IMG/VR virus record: IMGVR_UViG_3300028832_000096
Reading direction: 5' to 3' (one strand)
Source: a virus
Lineage: Duplodnaviria; Caudoviricetes
Length of the DNA stretch: 64,000 nt
Position numbers and translations under genes: made by a program. Below the pieces are notes generated by a model. It made no database searches, was not told the origin of the DNA, and worked only from the letters and a program-made list of their open reading frames with translations. Below, piece after piece: positions 19,652-29,735 of the stretch (the stretch's first letter is position 1; each line of letters starts with the position of its first letter).

Positions 19652-22599
19652 TAGAGTGTTGTTCCTCCGTAGAAGATATGGAATGAACCGGCTTCCCAAC
19701 CATCAATAGACGGAACTCCGCCGATTACTTTTGTAGGTGCATTCATATATGCTGCGCTTAAAAATTCTGTTACAGAATCAAATGCAGCAGTACCTGAAGA
19801 AACATCATCAGTACTTGATTGATATTCACCGGTCTTAAGTGTAAAGTTAGTATCAATTACTATCCACTCGTTGATAGTTCCCGGCTTGTATGCTGTTGTA
19901 AATGAACCTGTTACCTTAAGAGGGCTTACTAAGCATCTCTTCGGATAAGATAATTCAGTTCCTTGAGGCAAGTCAAATGTATCTCCAATGATAGCCCTAC
20001 CCGAAGTTACATTTGTTGCAGTTGAATTATCTGCGACCATTACGCTGCATCCGACGATATCGCCTGTACCGCTAAATGTAATGCTCCTAAGTGCATATGA
20101 ATAGTGATTATCATTCGGGTTGTCTTCATTCCAGAATGCAATGTCTTGAGATGCTAAAGGAGCGTCAGGTTGTGAAATTTCCATTCCAGTTACTAACAAT
20201 GCAGGGTCTGTTTCTTCAAACTGATTATACCACAAGGTTATATCAGTAAATCCTGTAGCACCATTAGCTCGGAAATTATTAGTATCACAAGCCCTTATGT
20301 AGTTAAATACGCTTGCATCGTAGTAGATGCAACTTCTAACTACATTAATTACAGGAGTACCTGAAATGTTGCTGTCGATTCTAATCTTTTCACAATCAAC
20401 AATATTGAGAATTGTGTAAGAAGTAGCTTCACCTAATATGTGTAAGTGTACAGCTGTGCCAAATCTAGAATCGATATTACAGATATTAATCTGAGTAGGT
20501 TCTTCTGTTTGTTCCTCTGCAGGAAGTGTGATATAGAGATGAATAACATTAGGTAGAGCAGAAATTGTAGGGATTACAGAAAATGCTACTCTGTTGTTTA
20601 CATATTCATCAAGAACTTCCTGCAATGCTTCAGCGGTAAGGGTTGCAGATGTCTTGTAATCTGAACCTAACTGATAAGCAAGTGCACCATTGCGGAGTAA
20701 CTCATAATCGATTAATTTTAATCTGCCACTATCGTCAAGAGTTACATATCCACCATCGATTTCTGTAGGGTCTGTATTATAGAAACCGCCTATCTGGTCA
20801 ACATTTGCAAGAGGGATACCTCCAGTGATAAGGATATACTTTGACCAGGTCTGCTTTGCGGTTCCCGATACTTTATAGTAGAAAGGTACTATTACATTAT
20901 CCCTTGTGTTATGATAGTCTACTTGGAAGTAATCCTGACCTGTAGTGCCTTTAAACGATGTATAATCAAATAATGTACTTACATTATCTGAAATAAGCAT
21001 CTCCCAATCGTTAGCGTCCCACTCACCTGAAGTATCTTCCTTGCACTTATACGTTCCTTTATCATGTGCAACATAATCACCTACATGATAAGATTCTGCA
21101 GTGTCGTAGAAATCAGCTAAGTGAGCCATTGCTTCCATTTCAGAATCAACTAAAACCGAATCACCTGCCCAGATAACACCGCTAGTATCGCCTAGCCTAA
21201 CTCCTGTAGGCATTGTTTCAGAATACTGAACTGCCTGTACTGTACCCGGAAGGACTTTATACATTGTAGAAGGAGCACCTTCGGAATCTTCTGTCTGTGC
21301 TGTATAATCTTCTCTAACGAAAATGTAATCACCGTTCTCATATCCTGAATCAGGTATTGTAGGCATTACATATTTTTCATCTTTGGAATCTAACCAAAGA
21401 ATCATGCGTCCTGCAGGAGACTGCTTTAAACTACCAACCTTATCTGAAAGATTTTTGATTACTTGAGTATATTCTGCGTCAACAGTTCCTGACGAACCTG
21501 ATAAATAATTAGCCTTAGGGAGTTTAATATCTCTAGGAGGGAAATAGATTTCGCTGTTATCAAAACTCTTAGCCTGGTCAATTTGCTGATGAGGAACTAC
21601 TAAGTGTACAAAACCATCATTTGTTGATACAAATGTAGCTTGCGGAATAGCTTTATTCGGGTCATCTGTCATTTCAACTGCTTCAGGATTAGCGTCCCAA
21701 ACCATCAAGCTACCAGTAGAATCACACCAAGTGTTCTTTTTAGTGCTTGAACCTTGACCAGAGAATGTGTATAACTTATGCGGATTAAGTGTTTTCTTAG
21801 AAATGAAATTGTCATCTAAGACCTCTGCAATGTTATCAATTCTGCCTGAATTCAGATAAGATACTTTATACTTATTCTGAATAATTGCCTCAGGATTTAT
21901 TGAACCATTTACATAAATGAAATCAGCTAACTTGAGGTCTGCAGTTACTTTTGACCTATCTGTAGGAGAATCGCTAGGTGTTTTGAAATTGTCTTTCAAC
22001 TCAACAACAAGCTGCACACCGGTATATGTATTGTCTTCATTTTCAACAAGCATTGAACCTGCCATTGTGCTTTCAGTGCTGTAGTATGCTTTGATACCTA
22101 CAGACAATTCACCAATTAAAGGAGCTTGTGAAAGTTTAGTTAACTGAGCATTTGCTAATGCAAGGTCAATAATCATCGGAGCTAATGTCTGAACATAATG
22201 TCCATTGATTACAGCACGACCAGGAGCAATCTGAATGATTGATGTAGATGCAGTTGAACCTGGTTTAATTACTTCTAACCACTTATTCTTGTCAAACGGT
22301 TCAGGAGTAACAACAGCTTCAATGCAAACATAAGTAGCGGAGTTGTATGTTACATACTCTCCGATAGAATATGTTTGCGTAGAATCATATTCAGATGCTT
22401 CAAGACCAGATAACAGAGATACTGCAAAGTCATCAGGTCCATGTACAAATGAGGGACCAACTTCATACTTAATGTTAGGGTCAGTTGCTACCATCTCTCT
22501 TGCACGGAGATTGTATTCTGAAACTAACTGGCCACCATTTGAAGAGTTACTAAGTGGAAATATATTAGTAGAAGCTACTGCGAATGTTGGAAAATGCAT
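19651..22599 (-). CDS. Large baseplate/tail structural protein with two CBM5/12-like modules
   Basis: IQIAPGRAVINGH motif; YDSTQTYSIGEYVTYN and YDTAESYHVGDYVAHD modules; follows the tape measure. Confidence 0.6.
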   Translation of the reverse strand: MHFPTFAVASTNIFPLSNSSNGGQLVSEYNLRAREMVATDPNIKYEVGPSFVHGPDDFAVSLLSGLEASEYDSTQTYSIGEYVTYNSATYVCIEAVVTPEPFDKNKWLEVIKPGSTASTSIIQIAPGRAVINGHYVQTLAPMIIDLALANAQLTKLSQAPLIGELSVGIKAYYSTESTMAGSMLVENEDNTYTGVQLVVELKDNFKTPSDSPTDRSKVTADLKLADFIYVNGSINPEAIIQNKYKVSYLNSGRIDNIAEVLDDNFISKKTLNPHKLYTFSGQGSSTKKNTWCDSTGSLMVWDANPEAVEMTDDPNKAIPQATFVSTNDGFVHLVVPHQQIDQAKSFDNSEIYFPPRDIKLPKANYLSGSSGTVDAEYTQVIKNLSDKVGSLKQSPAGRMILWLDSKDEKYVMPTIPDSGYENGDYIFVREDYTAQTEDSEGAPSTMYKVLPGTVQAVQYSETMPTGVRLGDTSGVIWAGDSVLVDSEMEAMAHLADFYDTAESYHVGDYVAHDKGTYKCKEDTSGEWDANDWEMLISDNVSTLFDYTSFKGTTGQDYFQVDYHNTRDNVIVPFYYKVSGTAKQTWSKYILITGGIPLANVDQIGGFYNTDPTEIDGGYVTLDDSGRLKLIDYELLRNGALAYQLGSDYKTSATLTAEALQEVLDEYVNNRVAFSVIPTISALPNVIHLYITLPAEEQTEEPTQINICNIDSRFGTAVHLHILGEATSYTILNIVDCEKIRIDSNISGTPVINVVRSCIYYDASVFNYIRACDTNNFRANGATGFTDITLWYNQFEETDPALLVTGMEISQPDAPLASQDIAFWNEDNPNDNHYSYALRSITFSGTGDIVGCSVMVADNSTATNVTSGRAIIGDTFDLPQGTELSYPKRCLVSPLKVTGSFTTAYKPGTINEWIVIDTNFTLKTGEYQSSTDDVSSGTAAFDSVTEFLSAAYMNAPTKVIGGVPSIDGWEAGSFHIFYGGTTL

Positions 22600-22637
22600 C
22601 TATAATCCTCCAAATCTATTTATTTCTAATAAAGGTA

Positions 22638-25600
22638 TCAACCTTGCTTTGTTACGCCTAAACCAAGTGCACTCATTGTGTCGATAAGCGATAATCCGCC
22701 AGCCTTTGTATTCTGCAATTGCATCATCGCCTCTAATATGATAACAATTTTACCTAACAGTGCGTTTGCTTGCATCTGAGGGTCCATCTCAGCTAACTGC
22801 TCTGCAGTGAATTCTGTCATTACATTTGCGAGAGCAAGAAGTGCTTCGGTTTGCTTTGTGCCTTCTGCTCGAGATACTGTACCCCAAGCTTCAGCAGTTG
22901 CAACAGAATCTTTGTATTTGCCTACCCTTTCAATATACTCATACCATGCTTGCATACACGTAACATATTTACTACCATCTTCCATAAATGTAGTATGGAA
23001 GTTAGTGTTAAGTTTCACTAACTCATTGATTAAAGTTGTATGAGATGTGTCACCAATCTGACTACTGATGAATTCTTGATTAGCTTGTATCTTTGCTAAT
23101 GCTTCATGTGCTAAGTTAAAGTGAGTATCAAATGTTCCACCAACACCAAATGCTTTAGCGAATTCTGCAATAAACGGATTCCAAACAGCGGTCTGATAAA
23201 TTCCACTAGCTCCGTTTTCATAATCCCAGAATTTTCTATTTTGATTCCAGAACTTCTCTTCATCTTCTTTTCTTGCTTGTTCTTTAAGTGCACCTTCTTT
23301 TCCTTGATTTGCATCAAAGTAAGAACGAGCAGATTCCATTGAAAGCCCTGCAGTAGATAATGCAGAATTTACATCGGAAATTCCGAACTTTTTCGCTGTT
23401 TTAACCCAAGCATCAGCAGTCATCGACTTTGCTGCTTCAGGTGCAGAATCTAACCAAGCCTGGACACGACGTACTGTATCTGCATCGGCATTAGCAGAAG
23501 CAGTTGCAGCAGATGATGCTCTAACAGCTGTTGCTAATACTTTAGCTTGTGAAGAATTTAATACACTAAGTGCGCTTTTACCTACACCAGTAAATCCTGC
23601 ATATTTTGAAACAGCTTTAGTTAAGTTAGCTCCTAAGTTCTTAGCTGTTCCGTAATTACCTGAACCACCTAATCTGTCCCAAGCAGCGTTCCAACCGGCA
23701 CCCGTTGTAAGATTATCACCTTGGCCTACGTAATCGGCAGCTGCTTGCATAAGTCCTACAGGAGTAATATAACCTGCTATCTGACCGAATTTTGTAAAAC
23801 CAGAAGCAAATCCAGATGTAGAATACTGTACATTGTTTTTGCCTCCCATCATTTCAATGAGAGGTTTAACTAAGTTCAAGTTACCTGCATTTTGCGAAGT
23901 GAGGTTCCTAAAAGCAGCTGCATTGCTTCCAACAGCACCCCTTTCAAGAATATCTGCAAGATTTGCTGTTTTACCTGCACTTTCAGCTTGTGTCGCTTCT
24001 AACTTACTAACGCCTTGTGCAATCCAACCAATAGGATTTAAGAGATTAATAACATTAGCAACAGCGCCTCTGATACCTTCGAGGAATTGTAAAGCCGCAC
24101 CCTGGAGGCTTACTGCGTACTCATTTTCTTTGAGTTCATTAGCAATCTGCTCATCCCACATGTGCTGCTGAATAGCACGACCTGCTTCACTATCAATTAC
24201 ATAAGCAAGACCTTGTTCAGTAATGATATTGTTGATTTCTTGAAGTTTAAGCTGTTCTGCAGTTGTTGTAGCTTCACCACTCTGAAGCAATGCCATATTC
24301 TCTGCAAGTGAAAGGTTGTTTACTGACATCTCTTGAATAGCATTTGCAAGAGTATTAAAATCAACCCTTGCGAAAGCTTTCATATCTACGCCAAATACAG
24401 AAGAAAGTCCTTCCGCAACTTCCATATAGTTGTCAGGACTCATATTCTGCAAGTTAGCGAGATTAGAGAAGAGAGATACAAATATACCCTTCGGGTCTTT
24501 TGCTAATGCTTGTAAGAATGCTGTATTACCTGCGTTAACACCTGCAAGAGAACGTAAAGCAACTATTGTATCGCTGTTACCGCCAATAGCAGCATTAACT
24601 ACATTTTGTACAAGCCCATTAGCTAAATCAGGGGCAATTTCTCCAACTACTGCAGATACCGCTGTAAGTGTGCCTGAAATGTCTGCAGCATTATTAGTTT
24701 TAGCGCTTTGTGCAATCTCTACTGCATTTGCAAATAACGAAGAAGCATCTTTAAGTCCTGTTGTAAAACCACCAGTTAATGTTCTGCTAGAATACAACAA
24801 GTTACTTGCGAACAACTCTAACTGAGAATTAGCGTATGCAAGGGCTTCCTCTTGGCTACCGCCTTGAGCAATAATCTGTGCAGCTAATTCTGAATATGTA
24901 GAAGCATACTGAACGAAGTTTTCAGTAGGAATTAATGCAGATAACTTAGTAGCTTGATATGCGAACTCTTCTGCTACCTTACCACTTAATCCGCTTTCTA
25001 ATACAGAACTCAGATTATTGATAACAGAAGTAGCGGCAATAGAGGAACCATAACCTTCTTGGTTTAACCTTTCAGCTACGCCTGAATAATACGCATAAGT
25101 ATTTTCTTTTGTATAGCCTTGTGTTAAACTAACCTTAGCAAGATTTGCATCCCAAGTATTTTGCCAATCTTCAGCGGCCTTCTTAAGGATTTCAAAAGGC
25201 TCACGAGCAAGATACTCGAGGTCTTTCTGCATTCTTTCCTGTGCATTCTTAAGACGCTGTTTTCTAGTATCTTCCTCACGAGTAAATGCTTTACCAAAAG
25301 CAGATATCTTAGCAGCAATTCCGGATATAAGCGGGCTTACTGCTTTAAGGACTACTATAAGTACGAGGAGTAACGGAACTGCTTTACTGAGAGCAGATAT
25401 AGCACCACTAAGTGCACTACCTGCACCACTCATGGAACCTGCAGCTGCTGTAGCTCCTGCTTTACCTGCAGCACCTGCTGCACTGCTTGCACCGGCATTA
25501 GACATTGCAGAAGACGCAGCACTTGCACCTTCTCCAGCTTTGCCTATGAACTTGCCCCAGACCTTATTGAGAGCATCTCTAGCTGCTTTTTGGTCAGCAT

Positions 25601-26114
25601 TTTTAGGGTCAAACATTCCGTTAATTAACTTAGTTCCAGCTTTTTGAATCTTATCAGTTAAAGCTTTACCTAATTTAGAATTAGCGAACTGTTTGCCTAA
25701 TTCCTTTCCCATTTCGTGAGAAAGGTCTTTCAACTCAAAACCAAATTCCTTAGAGAATTCAGATAAAGCACCATTTACGGATTTTTTGAAATCTCCACCT
25801 GCAAATACGTCTTTAAATCCGTCTTTGAGTCCGGTCTCGAAATCATCGAAGGCGTTACCGGTTCGTCTGTAGTCTTGGGAGGCTCTTGCTCTCGCATTTG
25901 GGCCATACGCCATCTCATTTTGTCTATCGCGAAAGGTAGACTGAGAGACGTTTTTAGGATTGAGTTGCCTTTCAGCTTTGAGGGCATCTTGGACACCTTG
26001 CGCAACAGCGTTACGCATATCGGTATATGATGTTTTACCGAGTACATCCGCTAATGCATCTCTATTGCTAGAATATTGCTGTTGATTGTTCTGTCCGTTT
26101 GTGTTGTCTGCCAT
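22638..26114 (-). CDS. Tape measure protein
   Basis: 1158 aa, Ala/Gly-rich and helical with a hydrophobic segment; lies downstream of the tail chaperones. Confidence 0.8.
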   Translation of the reverse strand: MADNTNGQNNQQQYSSNRDALADVLGKTSYTDMRNAVAQGVQDALKAERQLNPKNVSQSTFRDRQNEMAYGPNARARASQDYRRTGNAFDDFETGLKDGFKDVFAGGDFKKSVNGALSEFSKEFGFELKDLSHEMGKELGKQFANSKLGKALTDKIQKAGTKLINGMFDPKNADQKAARDALNKVWGKFIGKAGEGASAASSAMSNAGASSAAGAAGKAGATAAAGSMSGAGSALSGAISALSKAVPLLLVLIVVLKAVSPLISGIAAKISAFGKAFTREEDTRKQRLKNAQERMQKDLEYLAREPFEILKKAAEDWQNTWDANLAKVSLTQGYTKENTYAYYSGVAERLNQEGYGSSIAATSVINNLSSVLESGLSGKVAEEFAYQATKLSALIPTENFVQYASTYSELAAQIIAQGGSQEEALAYANSQLELFASNLLYSSRTLTGGFTTGLKDASSLFANAVEIAQSAKTNNAADISGTLTAVSAVVGEIAPDLANGLVQNVVNAAIGGNSDTIVALRSLAGVNAGNTAFLQALAKDPKGIFVSLFSNLANLQNMSPDNYMEVAEGLSSVFGVDMKAFARVDFNTLANAIQEMSVNNLSLAENMALLQSGEATTTAEQLKLQEINNIITEQGLAYVIDSEAGRAIQQHMWDEQIANELKENEYAVSLQGAALQFLEGIRGAVANVINLLNPIGWIAQGVSKLEATQAESAGKTANLADILERGAVGSNAAAFRNLTSQNAGNLNLVKPLIEMMGGKNNVQYSTSGFASGFTKFGQIAGYITPVGLMQAAADYVGQGDNLTTGAGWNAAWDRLGGSGNYGTAKNLGANLTKAVSKYAGFTGVGKSALSVLNSSQAKVLATAVRASSAATASANADADTVRRVQAWLDSAPEAAKSMTADAWVKTAKKFGISDVNSALSTAGLSMESARSYFDANQGKEGALKEQARKEDEEKFWNQNRKFWDYENGASGIYQTAVWNPFIAEFAKAFGVGGTFDTHFNLAHEALAKIQANQEFISSQIGDTSHTTLINELVKLNTNFHTTFMEDGSKYVTCMQAWYEYIERVGKYKDSVATAEAWGTVSRAEGTKQTEALLALANVMTEFTAEQLAEMDPQMQANALLGKIVIILEAMMQLQNTKAGGLSLIDTMSALGLGVTKQG

Positions 26115-26116
26115 GG

Positions 26117-26443
26117 CTACTTACTTCGTCTTGCTGCAGCTTTATCAAGCTCCTGTTGTCTTTCTTTTAGCTCTTTTTCAAAAGCAGCTACGTACTTTTC
26201 TCTTACAAATATAGGTTGTTGCATAACCCATTCTGCACTTACTGCGCCTTCTGAAGCTCTTGATATGAATAATGTTTCATCGATAATGCGTTCATATCTA
26301 TCTTGACGCATATCGTGAAATGTTTTTAGTTCTCCATTAACTTTTACTAGCTCCCGTAGCGGGTCCACTTGACTTCTCGGTACGTCTATCATCCTTCCAG
26401 GCCCTGAGATTTCCCAAGGTCGGGCGAAAGAACCTATCGTCAA
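26117..26443 (-). CDS. Tail assembly chaperone, second part (start uncertain, possibly reached by frameshift)
   Basis: Overlaps the upstream gene by 107 nt in the +1 frame; EWVMQQPIFVR motif; lies directly before the tape measure. Confidence 0.6.
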   Translation of the reverse strand: MTIGSFARPWEISGPGRMIDVPRSQVDPLRELVKVNGELKTFHDMRQDRYERIIDETLFISRASEGAVSAEWVMQQPIFVREKYVAAFEKELKERQQELDKAAARRSK

Positions 26444-27158
26444 CCAACGCGATAAATGCTGCTTCTCCGCTTCCGCATTTAGGGCAAACTGCTGAACCTC
26501 CTGCTCTGAGACCGTAATCTGTAAGGTCCTTAACTACTGATTTAAGGATTTTGAAATCTGCATCACATAAGTTATTCTGCAACTTAAACTTAGTATCTGC
26601 AGGTGTAAGACCTGTTTCTCCCTTAATGGACTTAACCATATAGCACATTCTTGCTAAATCGGTATTTCTTTCACCACTAGGTAATACAAATAACTTATCG
26701 CTATCTGCATTGATAATCTCTTGAATTGTAGGGAGCTTTAAAACGATATCGCCATCAAAGTTGATAAATTCTTCTTTAGATACTTTGATGTTATTAGTAA
26801 AATTCGGAGGAAGTGTTTTTACTTCTACCGAACGTAAATTTACTTGATATTCACCTCTTGAAACTGCTCCGCACTTAGAACAGAAGATTGCATTTGTGGT
26901 GTGATAAGGGCCGTAGTTTAAAATTCTAAGAGCTCTACAAATCCACTGAAAATCGATTTCAAGAAGTTGTCTGAAAGGAATCTGTTCCTCAATTGCTTTA
27001 GGAAAAATAACATCGAGCATTGTAGCTTGAAAATCTTCACTACCTACATAATCTAATTCAGACGCTGTAGGAATGCTCTTCAATGTGAGGACGTCGGGGA
27101 TACCTGTATCCGCATACAGTCCTTTGCCTAAAAGTTCAATCTTTTCTGAAATAGCCAT
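26337..27158 (-). CDS. Tail/baseplate hub assembly chaperone (T4 gp26-like, Zn fingers)
   Basis: LLEIDFQWICRALRI..YG, CSKCG, CPKCG and FFRP. Confidence 0.7.
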   Translation of the reverse strand: MAISEKIELLGKGLYADTGIPDVLTLKSIPTASELDYVGSEDFQATMLDVIFPKAIEEQIPFRQLLEIDFQWICRALRILNYGPYHTTNAIFCSKCGAVSRGEYQVNLRSVEVKTLPPNFTNNIKVSKEEFINFDGDIVLKLPTIQEIINADSDKLFVLPSGERNTDLARMCYMVKSIKGETGLTPADTKFKLQNNLCDADFKILKSVVKDLTDYGLRAGGSAVCPKCGSGEAAFIALVDDRFFRPTLGNLRAWKDDRRTEKSSGPATGASKS

Positions 27159-27282
27159 TTGTAATCCTCCAAAAGTTTTTGATGATTGGTATTTCGTTGT
27201 ATTAAATTATCCTAGCGCCTACCATAAAAGTCTTAATGGTAAGTACTCCTTACTTATCTATAAAAGGTTATACACACAGAAA

Positions 27283-27306
27283 CGGAAGGCTACTTCTAAC
27301 CTTCCG
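27283..27306 (-). terminator. Probable terminator hairpin
   Basis: CGGAAGG/CCTTCCG stem downstream of 27339..27767. Confidence 0.5.
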
Positions 27307-27338
27307 CTCCTGCATGTCTGTATGGCAATCTGACAAAG

Positions 27339-27767
27339 TTAACTATTTTCTAAATCGGCAAGTTGTGCCTTTGCTTCGTTGTCATTTCTCCAATCTGCGT
27401 AGCTACCTACATAGTAGAAACCGTCTGCTACTTCACAAGCCTGATTATCATGACACATGCCCTCTAAGGCACCAAGAATTGTATACATGTCAAAATCTTG
27501 TTCTTCAGATTCTTGTCCGAAATGAAGTGTATATGTATCAGAGAATCTATCAGGATAAGTGCTTTTGAGTAATTCTGCAACACTAGCTAAACTGAAAGGC
27601 TTTTCTTCATCTGCAATTCGCTTTGAGATAATCCAGCCAGTACATAATTCCTGAATAGCATCTCCGCAAAGTTCTTTCTCATCCTTGCCGAAGTACCACT
27701 GACGTGCATCGGATAACTTTGATGCTTTGACATAATTTGAAGGATATTTTGTATAAGTTCTTTTCAT
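27339..27767 (-). CDS. Hypothetical protein with YVKAS leader
   Basis: MKRTYTKYPSNYVKAS; has its own class A promoter at 27807-27812. Confidence 0.75.
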   Translation of the reverse strand: MKRTYTKYPSNYVKASKLSDARQWYFGKDEKELCGDAIQELCTGWIISKRIADEEKPFSLASVAELLKSTYPDRFSDTYTLHFGQESEEQDFDMYTILGALEGMCHDNQACEVADGFYYVGSYADWRNDNEAKAQLADLENS

Positions 27768-27817
27768 TGTGATTATCTCCTATATTAGAAATAATTACAT
27801 TAATTAAAGGTTAAGGA

Positions 27818-27985
27818 TTAGAAATGATATGCCTTTATCTCGCATAAGGATACTCGCCAAATAAGTTCACTATCTACCAAAGTATCATAAAGCGCCTTTG
27901 CGTGTTCTTCAGTGTCGAAATAGCAGTTATGTGCCTGCATCAAATCTCCGTCAACATAAAATGTAACTAAGAATCTAGGTTCCAT
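27818..27985 (-). CDS. Small hypothetical protein (55 aa, below the ORF-track cutoff)
   Basis: GAGGT RBS, MEPRFLVTFYVDG...AYHF*. Confidence 0.65.
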   Translation of the reverse strand: MEPRFLVTFYVDGDLMQAHNCYFDTEEHAKALYDTLVDSELIWRVSLCEIKAYHF

Positions 27986-27996
27986 ATTAATTTACC

Positions 27997-28233
27997 TCAA
28001 CAAATATTCAATTTAGAATCATCATAGTCATCTGGTTCTTTGATAACTACTACAGGAGTTCTAGCATGGCATGAAAAGTAATGTTTATTAAATAAACCAA
28101 AACAATTAGGTGCTTGTTTATGCGGAAGCCTTTTAGGGTCTGCATCTGCAAACTTTACAAAAATCCAATCTTCTCTTTCAGGGTGATGAAACACTGTACC
28201 TATTGGAATTTGATTGAAGTTTATTGTTTCCAT
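27997..28233 (-). CDS. Hypothetical protein
   Basis: ORF in a tightly packed small-gene cluster. Confidence 0.6.
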   Translation of the reverse strand: METINFNQIPIGTVFHHPEREDWIFVKFADADPKRLPHKQAPNCFGLFNKHYFSCHARTPVVVIKEPDDYDDSKLNIC

Positions 28234-28412
28234 ATTTTACATCCTTTACTGTCAAGTTGACTTGAAAAAGGGTTACCATTACTTCTGCAGTATAAATAGT
28301 CCATCAGAAGTTCTTTTGCTTTTGCCCTTTGTTCTTCGGTTACTTCTTCATAAGGTACTTCAAACATCTTTGAAGCTTTATCGGTATAGAAATCTCTGTC
28401 AGGCTGTGTCAT
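28221..28412 (-). CDS. Hypothetical protein resembling the PolA-type A..MF.VP.EEVT..QR..AK helix motif
   Basis: DFYTDKASKMFEVPYEEVTEEQRAKAK. Confidence 0.5.
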   Translation of the reverse strand: MTQPDRDFYTDKASKMFEVPYEEVTEEQRAKAKELLMDYLYCRSNGNPFSSQLDSKGCKIWKQ

Positions 28413-28413
28413 A

Positions 28414-28665
28414 TTAATCTACCTCTTGCACTTTAGTTAGTGCAGAATTTATAGCGGAAACAACATCATCAGTGTAACCATTTTCAGGCAATAATTCAGC
28501 ACCTAGAAGATACTCTAAAGCACCACTAATGGCATCAATTTCACCTCTACTAAATGCTAATACAATAGTATCTTTTGCTAATTCGCAGTTCTTACAAGCA
28601 TCGTGATTTTCGCAGTAAGAATCGCACTTATATTTATGAATGTAATTTTTGCAATTGTATTCCAT
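28414..28665 (-). CDS. Cys-rich hypothetical protein
   Basis: ORF with GAGGT RBS. Confidence 0.65.
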   Translation of the reverse strand: MEYNCKNYIHKYKCDSYCENHDACKNCELAKDTIVLAFSRGEIDAISGALEYLLGAELLPENGYTDDVVSAINSALTKVQEVD

Positions 28666-28683
28666 ATTAATTTACCTCACAAT

Positions 28684-28896
28684 TCAAATATCAAATCCCT
28701 GTTTATTCAACTCTACTTTAAGAGCAGTTAACGCTAAATTAAACCCGTTGGCTTGCATCCATTTACCAAAACCCATAACATCCGGGGTGTCCATATATTG
28801 AAGGAATTTTTCATGACCAAAAAATTCGTCGGGATTGGTGCTTGTTTCAATATCTGATAGAACTCTTTTTAATGTTTTCATATCAATAGTTTCCAT
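28684..28896 (-). CDS. Hypothetical protein
   Basis: ORF with GAGGT RBS. Confidence 0.65.
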   Translation of the reverse strand: METIDMKTLKRVLSDIETSTNPDEFFGHEKFLQYMDTPDVMGFGKWMQANGFNLALTALKVELNKQGFDI

Positions 28897-28897
28897 A

Positions 28898-29098
28898 TCA
28901 ATCTACCTCGAATAATACTGCGTAACCCTTATTGTTCAAAATCTCTGATATTTTTACCATAGCAAAAAACAAATCTATCCTATGAACCATATTTGTAACA
29001 AGTCCTTCTGCTCTATTATCTTCCGAGCGGATAAAATAACTATCCGTAACTTCGCTGTATCTGATTGTGAATACAATAGGTCTTTCTTCTCTATTCAT
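28898..29098 (-). CDS. Hypothetical protein
   Basis: ORF with GGAGG RBS. Confidence 0.65.
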   Translation of the reverse strand: MNREERPIVFTIRYSEVTDSYFIRSEDNRAEGLVTNMVHRIDLFFAMVKISEILNNKGYAVLFEVD

Positions 29099-29099
29099 A

Positions 29100-29393
29100 T
29101 TAAGTTGCCTCCGTGTTTGAATTATCTGATTTCTTCTTATCTTCTAAGAATAAAATATGAGCTCTTTCCTGAATATTTTCCGGACCCACAATCTTCATCC
29201 CAAAACCGGTATCTCCCTCAAGCGGATATGAAGGTGAAATATAAACATTATCTTCTTTACCTACCGGGAGTGTTCCATCGAGCAACTCATCAAGCCACAA
29301 ATAGGCTGCACCATATGCTTCTTTATGATTATCGTACACTCCAATGCACATCTGAAAATCATCATCACTTTCTACGATTACTACATATTTCAT
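29100..29393 (-). CDS. Hypothetical protein
   Basis: ORF with GGAGG RBS. Confidence 0.65.
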   Translation of the reverse strand: MKYVVIVESDDDFQMCIGVYDNHKEAYGAAYLWLDELLDGTLPVGKEDNVYISPSYPLEGDTGFGMKIVGPENIQERAHILFLEDKKKSDNSNTEAT

Positions 29394-29545
29394 ACAGCAC
29401 CTCCGAGGTCTACCTCCTCAACTTCAATTACTTCACCATCATGGTACTCTTTAAACTGCTTGATAGCATCTTCCTTAGAATCTGTGCAGTAAGATGCAAG
29501 ACCTTTCCGGTCATTGTATGTATAATGAATTATGTATTGTTTCAT
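29390..29545 (-). CDS. Small hypothetical protein (51 aa, not in the ORF track)
   Basis: GGAGG RBS, MKQYIIHYTYND...GGAV*; ATGA overlap with the next gene. Confidence 0.65.
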   Translation of the reverse strand: MKQYIIHYTYNDRKGLASYCTDSKEDAIKQFKEYHDGEVIEVEEVDLGGAV

Positions 29546-29557
29546 ATCTAGCCTCCG

Positions 29558-29725
29558 TCACATGTCCTTTATGTTATCTACTACTAGCTTTTCAGCACAA
29601 ACAGGACATATATGTACTTTCTTTTCTATGTAGAAATCATTATCGTTGGGATGTAACTTTATTGTGTAATAGATACTGCCGTTAAAAATTTGTTTTTGAC
29701 AGTTATCACAGATTAATGCACGCAT
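29558..29725 (-). CDS. Small Zn-finger protein
   Basis: CDNC...CPVC; start MRAL after AAGGAGG. Confidence 0.65.
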   Translation of the reverse strand: MRALICDNCQKQIFNGSIYYTIKLHPNDNDFYIEKKVHICPVCAEKLVVDNIKDM

Positions 29726-29735
29726 ATCATCCTCC

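Noticed and set aside
26409-26415. G-GGA-AAT as a -1 slippery site
   Set aside because: The -1 frame reaches TGA within about 7 codons; the downstream ORF is in the +1 frame.
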